The notes beneath the pieces are model-generated. The model ran no database searches and was not told the origin of the DNA. It saw nothing but the letters and a program-made list of their open reading frames with translations. Both the position numbers and the translations under genes were made by a program. Shown here in pieces: positions 41,957-56,500 of a stretch of 64,000 nt of DNA. Origin of the DNA: Macrostomum hystrix (Eukaryota > Animalia > Platyhelminthes); assembly GCA_950097015.1 (NCBI GenBank), contig CATNEN010000008.1, forward strand, positions 1,984,001-2,048,000. The letters run 5' to 3'. How positions within the stretch are numbered: position 1 is the stretch's first letter; every line of letters starts with the position of its first letter.

Positions 41957-42637
41957 CTGTCTCATCTCTCCCGTATCTCATCTCTCCTGTGACTCATCTT
42001 TCCCCTGCCTCATCTCTAGCCTGTCTCATCTCTAACCAGTTTCTTCACTCCCCTGTCTCATCTCTCCCTGTCTCATCTCTCCCCTGTCTCATCTCTCCCT
42101 GTCTCATCTCTCCCTGTCTCATCTCTCCCTGTCTCATCTCTCCCCTGTCTCATCTCTCCCCTGTCTCATCTCTCCCCTGTCTCATCTCTCCCCTGTCTCA
42201 TCTCTCCCCTGTCTCATCTCTCCCCTGTCTCATCTCTCCCCTGTCTCATCTCTCCCCTGTCTCATCTCTCCCCTGTCTCATCTCTCCCTTGTCTCATCTC
42301 TCCCCTGTCTCATCTCTCCCCTGTCTCATCTCTCCCTTGTCTCATCTCTCCCCTGTCTCATCTCTCCCTTGTCTCATCTCTCCCCTGTCTCATCTCTCCC
42401 CTGTCTCATCTCTCCACTGTCTCATCTCTCCCTTGTCTCATCTCTCCCCTGTCTCATCTCTCCCTTGTCTCATCTCTCCCCTGTCTCATCTCTCCACTGT
42501 CTCATCTCTCCCTTGTCTCATCTCTCCCCTGTCTCATCTCTCCCCTGTCTCATCTCTCCCCTGTCTCATCTCTCCCCTGTCTCATCTCTCCCCTGTCTCA
42601 TCTCTCCCCTGTCTCATCTCTCCCCTGTCTCATCTCA
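41957..42637. repeat. 16-bp minisatellite (ctgtctcatctctccc), ~42 copies
   Basis: Same unit as 52505-52790. Confidence 0.96.
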
Positions 42638-44039
42638 TAATAAAGCTCAGCCTGCATAATAAATATAATAAGAAAAGTTATAAAAAAATTAATACGTATA
42701 GCAAACACAAATTTTCGCTCGTCAACATGCCACTTGTCTGTTCAAAATGCTTTGTGATTTTTTTTCTAATTTAGATCTGAAGCATTTCCGTTAGTTAAAG
42801 CTAAAGCTTACCAGAATCAGAGGAGAGAGAAACAGAAGGAGAGGTCATCCAAGGCGAAGATTTCTCTCTGGCCCTCTTTTGGTCAAAGTCGTGCCCTCGC
42901 CTCGTGGGTCGAGCCAGTGCACTCTCTTGCGCAAAAATTTTTCCCCTGTTCTTTACAACTGCCCTGGCCTGGGGACGCCTGGTGACCTTAGACTGCACGG
43001 CTGTCCCACTGAGACATTGCCAAACATTTTTAGGTATTACAACTGCATAGCAACAAAATTAACGTTCAAGGCACGCTTTGGCAAAGACACTTTTGAAAAC
43101 TTTGCTTGAAATATCCTATCACGACTAAAGGCGCACTTTGTCCCTCATTAGGATTTTTACCTACCTACCGGAGTGTGACTGCCCCGTTTTTTGTTTATTT
43201 GGATCGTACATTATTTTTTAGAAAGTTTCTAATCGATTGATAAAATAGTATAGCAAAATTAAACAGACTTTACATTTCTGCTACCAGGTTTTTTTTCAAA
43301 TGGCCTATTTCTATCTATGGCTGGCATTAAAATTTCTGCTACGCTGAAAAATAAAGTAGTCTGTAGTGCAAACTGTCTACTTGAATTTCAATCTAAGTAG
43401 TATTGTGCAAATTTATTGGCAATTATGTTTTGATAACTATATATTTCACTTTGGCATTAAGCAATTGCAAATGGCAGTGCAGAGCACTCCCCTTTTTAGG
43501 AGAAAATGTATTATTCTCATTGTACGCAATTAAACCCGCTACTTTAGCATTTTAGAAACTTGAAGATAAATTGTTAATTTTATTAAAAAAGATATTTTGT
43601 TACTTCGTTAGTGTATACTATTTAAATGTTGGTATAGATTAAACAAAATTTTAAGCTCTATTTGAAAATGCGAAAATTAGAATTTCGTTAATCCAGAAAT
43701 GGCAATCTGTTGATCGCCCATCCACAGTACAGTGCCACTCAAATGAGAAGCATTAAACTCATTTATTCTATGGCTTTGCCTATGCGTTTTATAGATGCTA
43801 TCTATAGAAGTCCATGGATTATGACTGTTAATTTGTTTCGTTCTAAGTACCGGTTGTCCTTGGGGTGGCACTACACCTTTTTACACTAGGTGTATAAGCT
43901 AGTAGCTAGTAGGATATTAGCTAGTTTCATTTAGTAGAAATAAAAAAAATAGTCATTGTTTGGCTGCGTGACTATTGCTCAAAATCCTGGATATTTGTAG
44001 GCTGAAGTACGTTACGCATGTAATTTCACCTGGCTGCAA

Positions 44040-46299
44040 TCAAACGGACTCATCTGCCAGGTTTCTTCGCTTGCCAATTTTTTTTCCGCCGTAGCCAACA
44101 CTGCCGTTCTCGCGCGCGCCCGCGTCGCCAAATTGTTGAACCCGATGATGAGATTGGCTGGACTGGCTCCAGTCCGAGTGGATGTTCAACTCGCAACGGA
44201 CGGAGCTGCCGCCGGTGACGCCGCCCTTGGCAGCCGCCCGTGGTACATCGCCAGCCGCCCAGTCGACCAGAGCCTCGTGTTGGTGATGCTTGCGCGGCCG
44301 TCGCGACGGAGTCATCGACGGCACCGACAGGTGCGAAGCCTCGTGCACCGTCACCACCGTTTGGGTGGTCTGCGCCAAGCTCGCATTGTCAAACTTGTTG
44401 GGGCTGGGGCTGGCGTAGGCGCCGAATTCTTCAGTTTCGGACTCATCAGATTCTTCGCTGGTCGCAGCTGAGTTCATTGAAATATAATGAGATCTTTAAT
44501 CAATTCCATCTGAATTTCTACAGTGAATGAATCTGCTTACTTGTCTGACCAAAAACAGCCATTCTCCAGTACAAAGACTGGTGAGTTTCAGTACAAATAC
44601 TGGAGAGCTCCACTACAAAGACTGAAGAGTTCCACAACAAAGACTAATGAGTTCCACTACAAAGACTGGAGAGTTCCACTACAAAGACTGGAGAGTTCCG
44701 TTACAAAGACTAACCAAAGATTAACGAGTTCCACTACAAAGACTGGAGAGTTCCGTTACAAAGACTAACCAAAGATTAACGAGTTCCACTACAAAGACTG
44801 GAGAGTTCCGTTACAAAGACTAACCAAAGATTAACGAGTTCCACTACAAAGACTGGAGAGTTCCACTACAATAACTGGAGATTTCGCTACCAATACTGTG
44901 CGGATCAAATCTAATGCAGAAGAAGAATTTACATATTTGCTTTTACTATCACAATCGCAAAACTAAAAACTCACTCTTCCTAGAAAGCGCCGGCCCCGAT
45001 GTAGTTGCGCTAGTCGCCAAATCGTACGAACTCGGACGACCGCTTCGACTAGTTGTTGGATGCTCGTCGCTAAACTCCGTCTCCGATGCGATCGACACGG
45101 ACACTTTCGGCTGCGGCTGCCGCAGGCTGGTCAAGCCTAGGTTCTCGAGCTGCTGATCGAGTATCTGCAGTGCGCGCATAAAAGCGATGTATTGTAGGCG
45201 CTTTCTTTCTTATCTATGAAGAAAGGTGTTAACACGTCAGACTCGCACCGAGGTACCTGAGCTTGATTCTGCGGCGAGGCCACATTTATTTGGGGCGCAG
45301 CCGCGCAGAGAAGGCTTGGGGGCTTGTCGTGCAATTTAACAAACCCCCGTTGATGGCCGACCCCCAAAATGTGAGGTGAAAATGTACATAATGAGAAAGT
45401 CAGGGCAGATGTACACCCCAGTGTGAGCGCGTGTTGAGAAGTCAACAGGATTGCCTGTGACCAACTGTGGCGCAATTTTTTGGTAGCCTGCAGTCTCTAA
45501 CAGTGTGTTCATTCTGAAATATTTCTAGTACGCTTCTCAAAATAATGCGCAGGGCCTGTGAATTGGTATATTCTGGAAGTTGTTTCATCGAACAGAGCGG
45601 AAAATTTTTGCCCGCGTTCAGGATTTTCATGGCGATGGGTAGAATCTTTTCGGAGAAAAAAGAAATAATGAGTATTTGAATTACTCCTGTCTTTCTGCTG
45701 TTAACGAACGTAGCTAATGGCACATAATATAAGAGTTTGTTAGTTATTTCTACCTGCAACTCATTGAAGCCACGCGACTTGGTCTTCTGCTCTCTAACAG
45801 GTGGCTCAGTGTCTCCAGTCCAGGTATTCTTGTACTCCAAGCCATTTTCGAACTTCAACACCAGCCATCGCAGTAGCCGGTCCTCGTGAATGTCCATCGT
45901 CTCCGAGTTCTCGTACATAGAAAGATCCTCGTAGCGAAACTGGGCCGGCAGGTCGCTCTCTGGCGGCGCGTGCCACGGTTGCGACGGCTTCAGCTGGCGC
46001 CAACGTTCTCGCGGATCCCAGTGCGGCCTGTAGATCTGCCGCTGCGGTCGGTGCACCTTGGGCAGCTCGGCGTCCAACGACGGATAGAGTGGATCGATGT
46101 CTGGCTTAGCCGCTGGGTCGCCAGCTGCCAAAGCTGTTTCGAGTGCTGCTGCCGACTGCTGGTGGGCCGGTTCACCCGAGGAGGCAGCTACGGCTGCGTC
46201 AGCTCTCAAGCTGGAGGTTGATGCGGTCAGGAGGTGGCCACGATTGAAGATGGTGCGCAGTGGCGTTTCAGCATAGTCCAGATGCATTGTCTCATCCAT
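44040..46299 (-). CDS. Hypothetical protein, 410 aa, 3 exons
   Basis: Exons 46299-45685 (donor gtaatt), 45164-44975 (acceptor actgcag, donor gtgagt) and 44467-44040 (acceptor aactcag) are phase-consistent and total 411 codons, with GC-rich codon usage. No family recognised. The frame is also open 5' of the ATG up to an acceptor at ~46330. Confidence 0.8.
44560..44890. repeat. 22-bp repeat with a 55-bp higher-order unit (x3) in intron 2 of the 410-aa gene
   Basis: ttacaaagactaacc at 44701, 44756, 44811; gagttccactacaaagactgga monomers. Confidence 0.88.
45225..45435 (+). mobile_element. SINE family A partial copy in intron 1 of the 410-aa gene
   Basis: gcggcgaggccacatttatttggggcgcagccgcgcagagaaggcttgggggcttgtcgtgcaattt is identical to the 41782 copy. 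Confidence 0.85.
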
Positions 46300-49200
46300 A
46301 ATGGCTTGAACTGGCTTCTGCGTTGATCCTTAGATGTAAACAAATTTTAGTCACAAAAAAATTGCTCTGTTTTCTTACTTTCGGCTTCATCGCTAAAGAG
46401 TCAAAACACTTGTTGCCATAGATTTGCGTTACTACATTTTATTTGACACTTACGATCGTATTTATTGCTACCAGCGCACTTTAGAAATTTCCAAATCTAG
46501 ATCTCAATTTACTTTTCAGTCTCAATCTCAAATTAAACATTTATTGATTAACGTTTATTGGTATTTTTAATCCAAGCTTAATCTGTGGTCTTTCATGTTC
46601 ATAAAATTCTTTTTTAGAGCACAATAAAGTTTCGCAAAATACAGACGTGGTCTTCTTCTAGTGATCCGTGGGTAATGCTCGGTGCGGTTAATGTAGCATG
46701 TTCATCAAAAGCTTAAGCTTAAATAATCATCAATCTTTTATTCGAAGTTCGGTACTGTCATACTAAAACCTTACGGGAAAATTTTGTTTTGATTGTTTAA
46801 TAAGATAAAATGTTTAATGTTAGGTACTAAAATGCGTGACGCCGCAAGTAAGATTATTTGCGCTCAATCGTTTTTTTTCAGAAGGACTGTCTAACTGTGA
46901 AATGTATATTATTTAAATAATTGAAACAGTTATGACATTAAATACCAGTTTAGATTTAAATTGTTGTATTGGAAGATATCAGCCATTCTTGAAGCTGAAA
47001 AATTAGAAGTGTCAGATTACCAGTTGTTATCCAACCATAGTTGTTTACTTTACCTATGTCGATAGGAAATAAGGAATAGAAGACTCACATAATCTTCTGA
47101 GTCTGAAGTTCGACGCGACTTAAGCATAGTGCGTGACGACAAAAAAGTTAAACTAAATTGCCTTCTTTTTTACTAGCAAATCACAAACCAAATGAACTAT
47201 ATTTATCCAATGGAAAATTTGTAAATATCTTTGCAACTTAAATAATATTAATAGCGGCATTTTACGCTTTTAAGTACATTTCTTTGAATGTATAGGTTCC
47301 TTTTTCTAATTTTTTTATTGAGTATGAGTAATCAATGCGGACTAGTGTGCCTACTACTACTAGGGGTGTGGTACTGCCGAGGATAACTAAAGTTTGTACT
47401 GTGACACTTATCTTTTACTAATAATTATTGCATATTTTTAACGTAGAATCCTTTTTCTGTTGTCATTTTCTACTATTTTTGTAGTAGTAGCTTATGTTGA
47501 CTTGTTGTAAGACTACTTTCATTTAAGCAGCTAGCTGAGCTATGTAACTAGCTAACGCAAGACCCAAGCCCAAGAGTCTTAACTCTCGGGAGCAGATAAA
47601 GAACAAACATAACAAAACTATTGCAAAGGGTGTCAAAGCGGCTGCCCCAGTCGAGAAAAGGGTGTCCGAATCCCTGCACTATTTAATCCGCGATACAGAT
47701 GCCTCGCGAGAAGCAACAGCATATCCCATGAGTAGAGCATAGCTGGATGCAAAGCTTAATGGTTTTTTTATTGCTTTATATATATTTTAATTACATTCGA
47801 ACTATATTCAGATTATCCTCTCTTGTCACAAAAAGTAATATTTTTTCTAGATTTTTGCTAGCATTTAGAATACACCTTAAATAATTACATTTTTGCACTA
47901 TGAAACCCCTTCATTGCTTCAGAAATAGATTCGATAAGTGGACATAAATGAATAAATATGTTCATGAAATAGTGTCCATAATAGGCACCATTAAATTTAT
48001 AGACATGCTTTCCCTTCATTCCCACTATATGTTGTCACTTGGTTTTTGACAATAATACTTATTCATCATGGGTATACATAACACTAATGACTATATATTT
48101 GTAATTACAAAGAATCAAATATGAAATATATTTGTGATGCAAATTGAAACATTGTATTATGTATATTATATAAAGTCTTGACCCTTTTGTAAAAGCGAAA
48201 CTATAGGGTAGTTAAGCCAACTTGGCCTTAGGAATATTTTTTAGAAAAATGTTTGAAAAAATGTGGGCGTATTATAGTTATCTTATTTTCCAAAACATTT
48301 AGTATCAAATCAAATTTCAAGACCCATAGTATTAGAATCTTTATTGGAATCTTATTTAAATTTGACAATTAAACTTTCAATTTGAACATAATATAATATG
48401 TTATGGTTTTTTATAGCCAATTGAATATAAACTTCAGCAGCATTTTTTTCTTAAAAACAAAAAAAATTAAATCTGCTCAATTAAACTTGGGTTTTGCCTA
48501 TTCATACCCACTAGTATATCTAAGAATTCTATGCAAAGGGTGAGAACTATATAAATCTCTTAAATGATTCATTGATTAAAAAAGGTCCAAATCCTTTCAT
48601 TGGTACTTATTGCTTTGTAAAAAATAAATTAGTTTTTTAACAATCATAGGCCTATAAAAATGGTAGTAGGTGCCTATTAAAATATTCTTAAAAAAAACAA
48701 AACAAATCAAATGGATGGTTTCTATTTATATTGTGTAAATTGTAAGAACCCTATATCTTTTTTTGTAAATAAAACTGCTTAAGACATTGGTACCATGAAA
48801 CAGAGGTATGACTTAAAATATAGCAAACAACATTTTTATGCCTACATATAGGTTTGCACTGCTATTGGTTGTTTTCAACTTACTGTTATAAGTCAATAAA
48901 AGCCTTGGATTTTTGTATATTGTTAGTCATTTTTAAATGATTTTTTTGGTTATGAAACTTATTTGTTAGTTTTCATTAGCTGTTCCATCACATTATCTAT
49001 TTTGAGTGTCAATTGCTTGCCTTATTAGGATTTGCATAGCTAGAGCAAGGTTCTCTATTCTTGGTCTCATACTAAGCCATGCATATTTTAATTAACTTTG
49101 TTTTCAATTGCATTTAATATTTTATGTGATCTATGGTAGCATCTTTAGTCTTAATTGTATAACAAATTTAATTTACTGTTTCTTGTCTCTTTACTTTCTT

Positions 49201-50544
49201 GGGTAATAGTATAGTTTTCTGCAAATCCAAATTGGTATTGAAGCATTTGCAGCCACCACTTGGCTCGCCTGCCAGTTTCCTTCACATTTTTTTCATTTTT
49301 TATTTCTCTACTCCCTTTCTGGACATCATCCTAATCCATCAAACTTCCGCGATGCCAACCTGCCAATGCTGCTGCAACTACAAGGCTTCACTCGCTACTA
49401 GCCACCATTAAGGCAGGCTGTTTTTCTTGCAGTCAGAGAGAGGGAGAGATAGCCAGATAGATTTGGCCCTAAGTCAATTTTGTTAAGCCAGGATTTGCAC
49501 TACTAGTTAGTGCTGTGTGCAGAGATTATTCTATCACCAGCATAGAGGGAGCTACATGTTTATGCGTCTTAACTGTCTCGAACTGAAGTCAAGTGTACAG
49601 CCAAACTGATTTTGCTCTGCGTCATCCACCCAGCGCTTAATCAGACATGTGAGCCTGAGGGCAGAGTTAGGGAAATCCCTTCTAACCCTCTCCTCTCCTC
49701 CCAAACAGCTCACCCTGACTCCGTCCTAAATTCGTGGCCTTTATTTCCCCATCGGGTCCGGGCAGGCATCCTCCACCCTGCCAAAGCAAACATTCCTCCC
49801 GCAATCCTATTGCGCAGCTAAACTTCCCTAATTTTCTCTCCCCTCAACCTTTCTAGAATCTAGAACCTCGTGTGGCAGAGATACTGATTCTTTATTTTCT
49901 CCGCCTCTGCACAGCGCTTCGTCCAGCCAATAGCCGTGAAAAAGCTTTAAGCTGTAAATCCAAGTGCGGCCGAGAGAATGTGGAGAAAGAGAGTGGAGTG
50001 GCGGCGACTGCAGAATTGGCTTCCCCACCTTTTTCTATCCCTAAAAATATAATCCAGGAAGCGTTGACTCAGACACTCGCCACGGCTCCACCCTCCCTCT
50101 GTCTGCCCGCCCTCCAATTAAATCCTAAGAGTGCGTGCTAGATCCCTTTGTATTTCTCTTCTTCCCGTTTCTACCTCTACTGTCGCTTCCTCACTTCTGA
50201 AGCCGCGTTCCACCCTTCCCAAGTGTTCAGTGGTCATTTTTTCATGCCTGTCTGCCGGATTCTCTATGATTAGAACTTTGATTACTCTGGTCTAACCAAG
50301 CCTTTGTCTGATCATTTATTAATCAGCTTGCATTGTGACTAGCCAAGTAGTCTTGGTCAAAACCTTGTCCCCAACTATCGCATATGCGTTACAAAAGTCT
50401 GCATTAAAGAAATGTAAAAAAACTATAATGGTTTGAGTATCCGCTAATAACATTTTTCAGACAGAGCCCCAGGAGCCATACTCTGTCCTAGCAACTCAGA
50501 GAAAATCTTCGCATCGTGTTGTTTTTGTTGTCGCATTCGTTTGA

Positions 50545-53500
50545 ATGAGTCAGCCTCAGACAGTGGCTGTTGGCATCATCGTATCTCGGGCATCTGCGAT
50601 GGCGTTGCCATTGATTATTCTGCTGCTAGCCCTGTTCTGCTGCTGCTATTGTGGTAAGTTTGCTGCGCTGCTGAAATTTGAATTCGTCCCTGTCTTTGAT
50701 TAGATACCTAATGATTAGATTTGATTAGATCCCTACTGAGTCCCGGTCTTTGATTAGATCCCTACTGAGTCCCGGTCTTTGATTAGATCCCTACTGAGTC
50801 CCGGTCTTTGATTAGATCCCTACTGAGTCCCGGTCTTTGATTAGATCCCTAATGTGTCCCGGTCTTTGATTAGATCCCTACTGAGTCCCGGTCTTTGATT
50901 AGATCCCTACTGAGTCCCGGTCTTTGATTAGATCCCTACTGAGTCCCGGTCTTTGATTAGATCCCAAATGAGTCCCGGTCTTTGATTAGATCCCTACTGA
51001 GTCCCGGTCTTTCATTAGATCCCTACTGAGTCCCAGTCTTTGATTAGATCCCAAATGAGTCCCGGTCTTTGATTAGATCCCAAATGAGTCCCGGTCTTTG
51101 ATTAGATCCCTACTGAGTCCCGGTCTTTCATTAGATCCCTACTGAGTCCCAGTCTTTGATTAGATCCCAAATGAGTCCCGGTCTTTGATTAGATCCCTAC
51201 TGAGTCCCGGTCTTTCATTAGATCCCTACTGAGTCCCAGTCTTTGATTAGATCCCTACTGAGTCCCGGTCTTTGATTAGATCCCAAATGAGTCCCGGTCT
51301 TTGATTAGATCCCTACTGAGTCCCGGTCTTTCATTAGATCCCTACTGAGTCCCAGTCTTTGATTAGATCCCAAATGAGTCCCTGTCTTTGATTAGATCCC
51401 TACTGAGTCCCGGTCTTTCATTAGATCCCTACTGAGTCCCGGTCTTTCATTAGATCCCTAATGATTAGATTTGATTAGATCGCAAATGAGTCCCTGTCTT
51501 TGATTAGATCCCTACTGAGTCCCGGTCTTTCATTAGATCCCTACTGAGTCCCGGTCTTTGATTAGATTCCAAATGAGTCCCGGTCTTTGATTAGATCCCA
51601 AATGAGTCCCGGTCTTTCATTAGATCCCAAATGAGTCCTGGTCTTTGATTAGATCCCAAATGAGTCCCGGTCTTTGATTAGATCCCTAATGAGTCCCGGT
51701 CTTTGATTAGATCCCTAATGAGTCCCGGTCTTTGATTAGATCCCTTTTGAATCCCTGTCTTTGATTAGATCCCTTTTGAATCCCTGTCTTTGATTAGATC
51801 CTTAGTGAATGCCCGCTTTCATTTTTAATTACAATCTGTCTTTAAAACACTCATGCTCCACGGAATCCTGACAGGCTAGGTTCTTATACACAGGGCTTGT
51901 TTTAAGTTTGGCATAGTCGGCAGACTGAAAGTGCTTAGATCTGTCATTAAACATTGCACAGTATAAAATAGTAGCTATGCAAATTTTGCCAGTAAAAGAC
52001 AGGTTAACAATGTTTGGCAAGCATTCGCTAGCTAAACATTGTGAATGATTAAACAGTAAGACATTCTCTCGTCAATTATTAGTCTGTCTCACCAGCTTTA
52101 GCTGTGCTATTTCTATGTGAGGTCTTTTTAGTATTATCTTGTTTTTGAGCAGATTATTTTCATTTAAAGAATAAAACTTTGTCGCCGCCATTTAATGTAG
52201 TTTTAATTTGATTTCTAAACTAATTTACTTTGTAGATAAGATAGTAAGAGTAACTCTGAAAAAAATTAATTGAACCTTAATATAGCTGTTAATTCATCAG
52301 TGTAATCATTTATCTCTCCATTTCTCTATCCATCAAACAGTCTGTTAAATCTATCCATTCATCTATAAACCGATCTACGAATTTACCTAAGTATCCATAG
52401 CTCTATTAATCTATTGCATGGGTCGGCAAACTCCGGCCCGCGGGCCAGTTACGGCCCTCGAAGCTCCCAAATCCGGCCCGTCGCCCCTTCCAACACCTAC
52501 AGTATCCTGTCTCATCTCTCCCCTGTCTCGTCTCTCCCCTGTCTCATCTCTCCCCTGTCTCGTCTCTCCCCTGTCTCATCTCTCCCCTGTCTCATCTCTC
52601 CCCTGTCTCATCTCTCCCCTGTCTCATCTCTCCCCTGTCTCATCTCTCCCCTGTCTCATCTCTCCCCTGTCTCATCTCTCCCCTGTCTCATCCATTCCAT
52701 GTCTCATCTCTCCCCTGTCTTATCTCTCCTCTGTCTCATCTCTTCCCTGTCTCATCTCTCCCTTATCTCACCTCTCCTCTGTCTCATGGATAATCCGTCA
52801 AAGTTTCGCTCATTCATTGTCGATGAGCTATGTCATTCAGTCTCTCTCTGTTATTTCTAGAGCTGCCGCCGCAGTCAGCAGTGGGCGGTCCTACTGGCAA
52901 CGGAAGTTCGCCAGCTCCACTGCCCCAGGAGACCTTCCACTTCGAGTGCCGCCGATGGCCACTCTGCGTCAGCAAAGTCAGCTCCACCAAGGCCGATGCC
53001 GATGTCACCAGCGCCCTGCTAGACGACAGGAATGTACAGCGAGTCAGTCACAGACTGTTCACCCTGTCCTACGCCATCTGCCGCACCCCCACTGGCAACA
53101 CCATGCTCGAGCGATGCGTCAGGAACTCGCCTTATGTGAGTCTGTCTGTCAGTTCTGCGTGTTTGTCTGTCAGTTCTGCGTGTTTGTCTGTCAGTTCTGC
53201 GTGTTTGTCTGCCAGTTCTGTGTGTTTGTCTGCCAGTTCTGTGTGTTTGTCTGCCAGTTCTGTGTGTTTGTCTGCCAGTTCTGTGTGTTTTTCTGCCAGT
53301 TCTGTCTGTCTGTCAGTTCTGTCTGTCTGTCAGTTCTGTCTGTCTGTCAGTTCTGTCTGTCTGTCAGTTCTGTCTGTCTGTCAGTTCCGTCTGTCTGTCA
53401 GTTCCATTTGTCTGTCAGTTCTGGGTGTATCCTAACTATATTTATCGGCTCTTTCTGTCTTTCTGCCTGCCAGTCTATCTGTCAGTGCTGCTCTGTTAAG

Positions 53501-56500
53501 AAACTGGTCTGTCTGCTATAGCAGTGTCCCTTTGTTATTCCATCGCCTGTCGTCTCAGGGCTACTCACCGTACACGCAGTCGCTGTCGATCAGTCTCTAC
53601 AGAGCCGAGAACGAGCCTCCTCTGCTGTTCCAGCTGGAGAGAACCAAGTGAGTTAGCTGTCTTGTCTGTGACTTTTTAATATTAATCCTTGATAGTAATC
53701 AGAATAAAATCAAATGATCAAATGGGTTCCTACCAAAACACCAGCAGGTAAAATCCTCCCAAAGTTCTAGTTGGGAGAAATCTATCGCTACTATCACTAG
53801 AAATCCCTACTATCCCTAGAAATCCCTAGTGTCCCTAGAAATCCCTACTATCCCTTAACATCCCTACTATCCCTTAAAATCCCTAATATCCCTAAAATCC
53901 CTACTATCCCTTGCAAATCCCTACTCTCCTAGAAATCCCTACTGTCCCTAGAAATCCCTAATATTCCTTGAAATCTCTAATATACCTAGAAATCCCTAAT
54001 ATCCCTAGAAAACCCGTACTATCCCTAGAAATCCCTATTATCCCTAGAAATTCGCTACTATCCCTTGAAATCCCTAATATGCCTAAAATCCCTACTATCC
54101 CTAAAAATCCCTACTATCCCTAGAAATCCCTACTATCCCTAGAAATCCCTACTATCCCTAGAAATCCCTACTATCCCTAGAAATCCCTACTGTCTCTAGA
54201 AATCCCTACTAGCCCTAGAAATCCCTTCCAATGCCATCGATCGTAGTCTTACGCGCCAAACACACTCGGTAAAATAATCTGACTTTGGAGATAAGCCAGC
54301 ACAGAAGTGAAATCTGTGAGAGGCAAAATTGGTATAGCAGGAAGGAAGGAAAGGGTAAAAGATTCTTTCCACTATATAGCCCGCGACAGAATCCCATTTT
54401 GACCGCCTCGTCCTCGAGTAATTTAATCCTTGGCTTATTGATAATCGCTCTGCACTAGCCTTCTGCCCACCCCCAGATTCTCCCTGACCGTCTTCATATT
54501 CTAGCTGCGAATATGCATATGAATAACCCCAATCCATGATCTACCAACCCCAATCCATGATCTACCAACCCCAATCCATGATCTACCAACCCCAATCCAT
54601 GATCTACCAACCCCAATCCATAATTCCATCAACCCTAATCCATGATTCCATCAACCCCAATCCATGATCTACCAACCCCAATCCATAATTCCATCAACCC
54701 TAATCCATGATTCCATCAACCCCAATCCATGATCTACCAACCCCAATCCATAATTCCATCAACCCTAATCCATGATTCCATCAACCCCAATCCATGATAT
54801 GCCAACCCCAATCCATAATTCCATCAACCCTAATCCATAATTCCATCAACCCCAATCCATGATTCCATCAACCCCAATCCATGATCTACCAACCCCAATC
54901 CATAATTCCATCAACCCTAATCCATGATTCCATCAACCCCAATCCATGATATGCCAACCCCAATCCATTATATGCCAACCCCAATCCATTATATGCCAAC
55001 CCAGTCATATCGTGAACATATTTTCATCGCCAATTTTTTAGGATCTGCTAGTATTTATAATCTAGTATTTAGTACCTATTATATCTCCTATTTACAAATT
55101 TGTGAACTATCTTTTGTTCACATAAATTGCACAAAACGTGTAATTTTCAACCTAGCCTGTTTCCAAGCGGTGTAAGCAAAAATTATTCAGTTGCTTGCCG
55201 TAAAGAAAGTAGCAATTTGGGTTGGTAAAAGTGAAAAGAAATTATTTTTTGTGCTTGTTAATCTTTTCGGAAAACCATTTCCGCCTGTTTGGCCGTTGGG
55301 TTAGGCTTTGGTTTCTAGAAAAATTGCCTAGGAAATTGCGATACATCTGCAGCCTGGAAGGATAACACGGCGGAAAAAATGAAAAATCTGAAGCGAAACT
55401 AAAATTATGCGACAACTGAATTACTATAGGGGGGGGGGCAGAAGGATCTAAGAATTGCGAAAAAGAAATTGCGAAGATAGTCCTCTCTTCTCTCTTTTTT
55501 ACTTTTTCTTCTTCTTTCGTTACTTAGCTTCCTTCGTCTAATTCTGTTATTCGGCTCTGGGCTTGGTAAGTTCTAGACAGGTGTGTATAGAATGGAACAC
55601 GACCCAGGCTTAACAACCGAGGCAGCCTAGAAATTGGCGAGATGATGCTGCAGATCAAGGAGGCTGAGTTTGAAGGATAGCCAAAGAACATCACAAGCAA
55701 AGAATTTCACTCGCTTTCCGTTGGTTGGTCCGGTGCGGGTAGTAAGAAAAACTCGAAACGAAACTAATAAGGAACGGCCTTTAACACTCGCTGGTAGATT
55801 ACGAGCTATACAGAGAGGTGGAAACTTTGCCCAGCTTAATGAGCGACTGATAGATAGGCCTACGCTAGGTCGAAGATCCTAAGTCCCTAAGAACGAGCGT
55901 ATTGTCATCCCATGTCATCCCAGATTCTATGCTTTACTTATTATCAACATTTTATAAAGGTTAACCAAATAATCTTCACCTGTCAAGATTAATTCTTGTC
56001 TTCTTTCGTACGAGAAGAAATATTCGTGGTCCGTATTTCCCGTTTTAAGTGAACTTTATTGTTTTCTTTCAAGCTTCGTTTGAAACTTTGTTACTTCAAC
56101 GGCCAGCCACTAATTTTCGAATTGAACATTCGAATTAGGAGCTAGATGTTTTTTTTCGAGGTCTTACTATCGGCCATTCAATTCGATCATTCAAGGTCAT
56201 TCTAAAGACCGTTCATTAGCCTTCTTAAAGGTCGTTATAATGACCATTCGTTCGCCTTCTTTAAGGTCACTTTAATGACCATTTATTAGCGTTTTTCAAG
56301 GTCACTTTAATGACCATTTATTAGCGTTTTTCAAGGTCACTTTAATGACCATTAATTAGCGTTTTTCAATGTCAATTTAATGACCATTAATTAGCGTTTT
56401 TCAAGGTCACTTTAATGACCATTCATTAGCGTTTTTCAAGGTCACTTTAATGACCATTCATTAGCGTTTTTCAAGGTCACTTTAATGACCATTCATTAGC

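Noticed and set aside
44430-44452. CTGATGAGTCCGAAAC on the minus strand resembling a hammerhead
   Set aside because: It lies in coding sequence (SDESETE), and stems I and III do not close correctly.
54196-54537. 113-aa minus-strand ORF between two minisatellites
   Set aside because: Both ends lie in repeats, and there is no recognisable motif or convincing splice sites.
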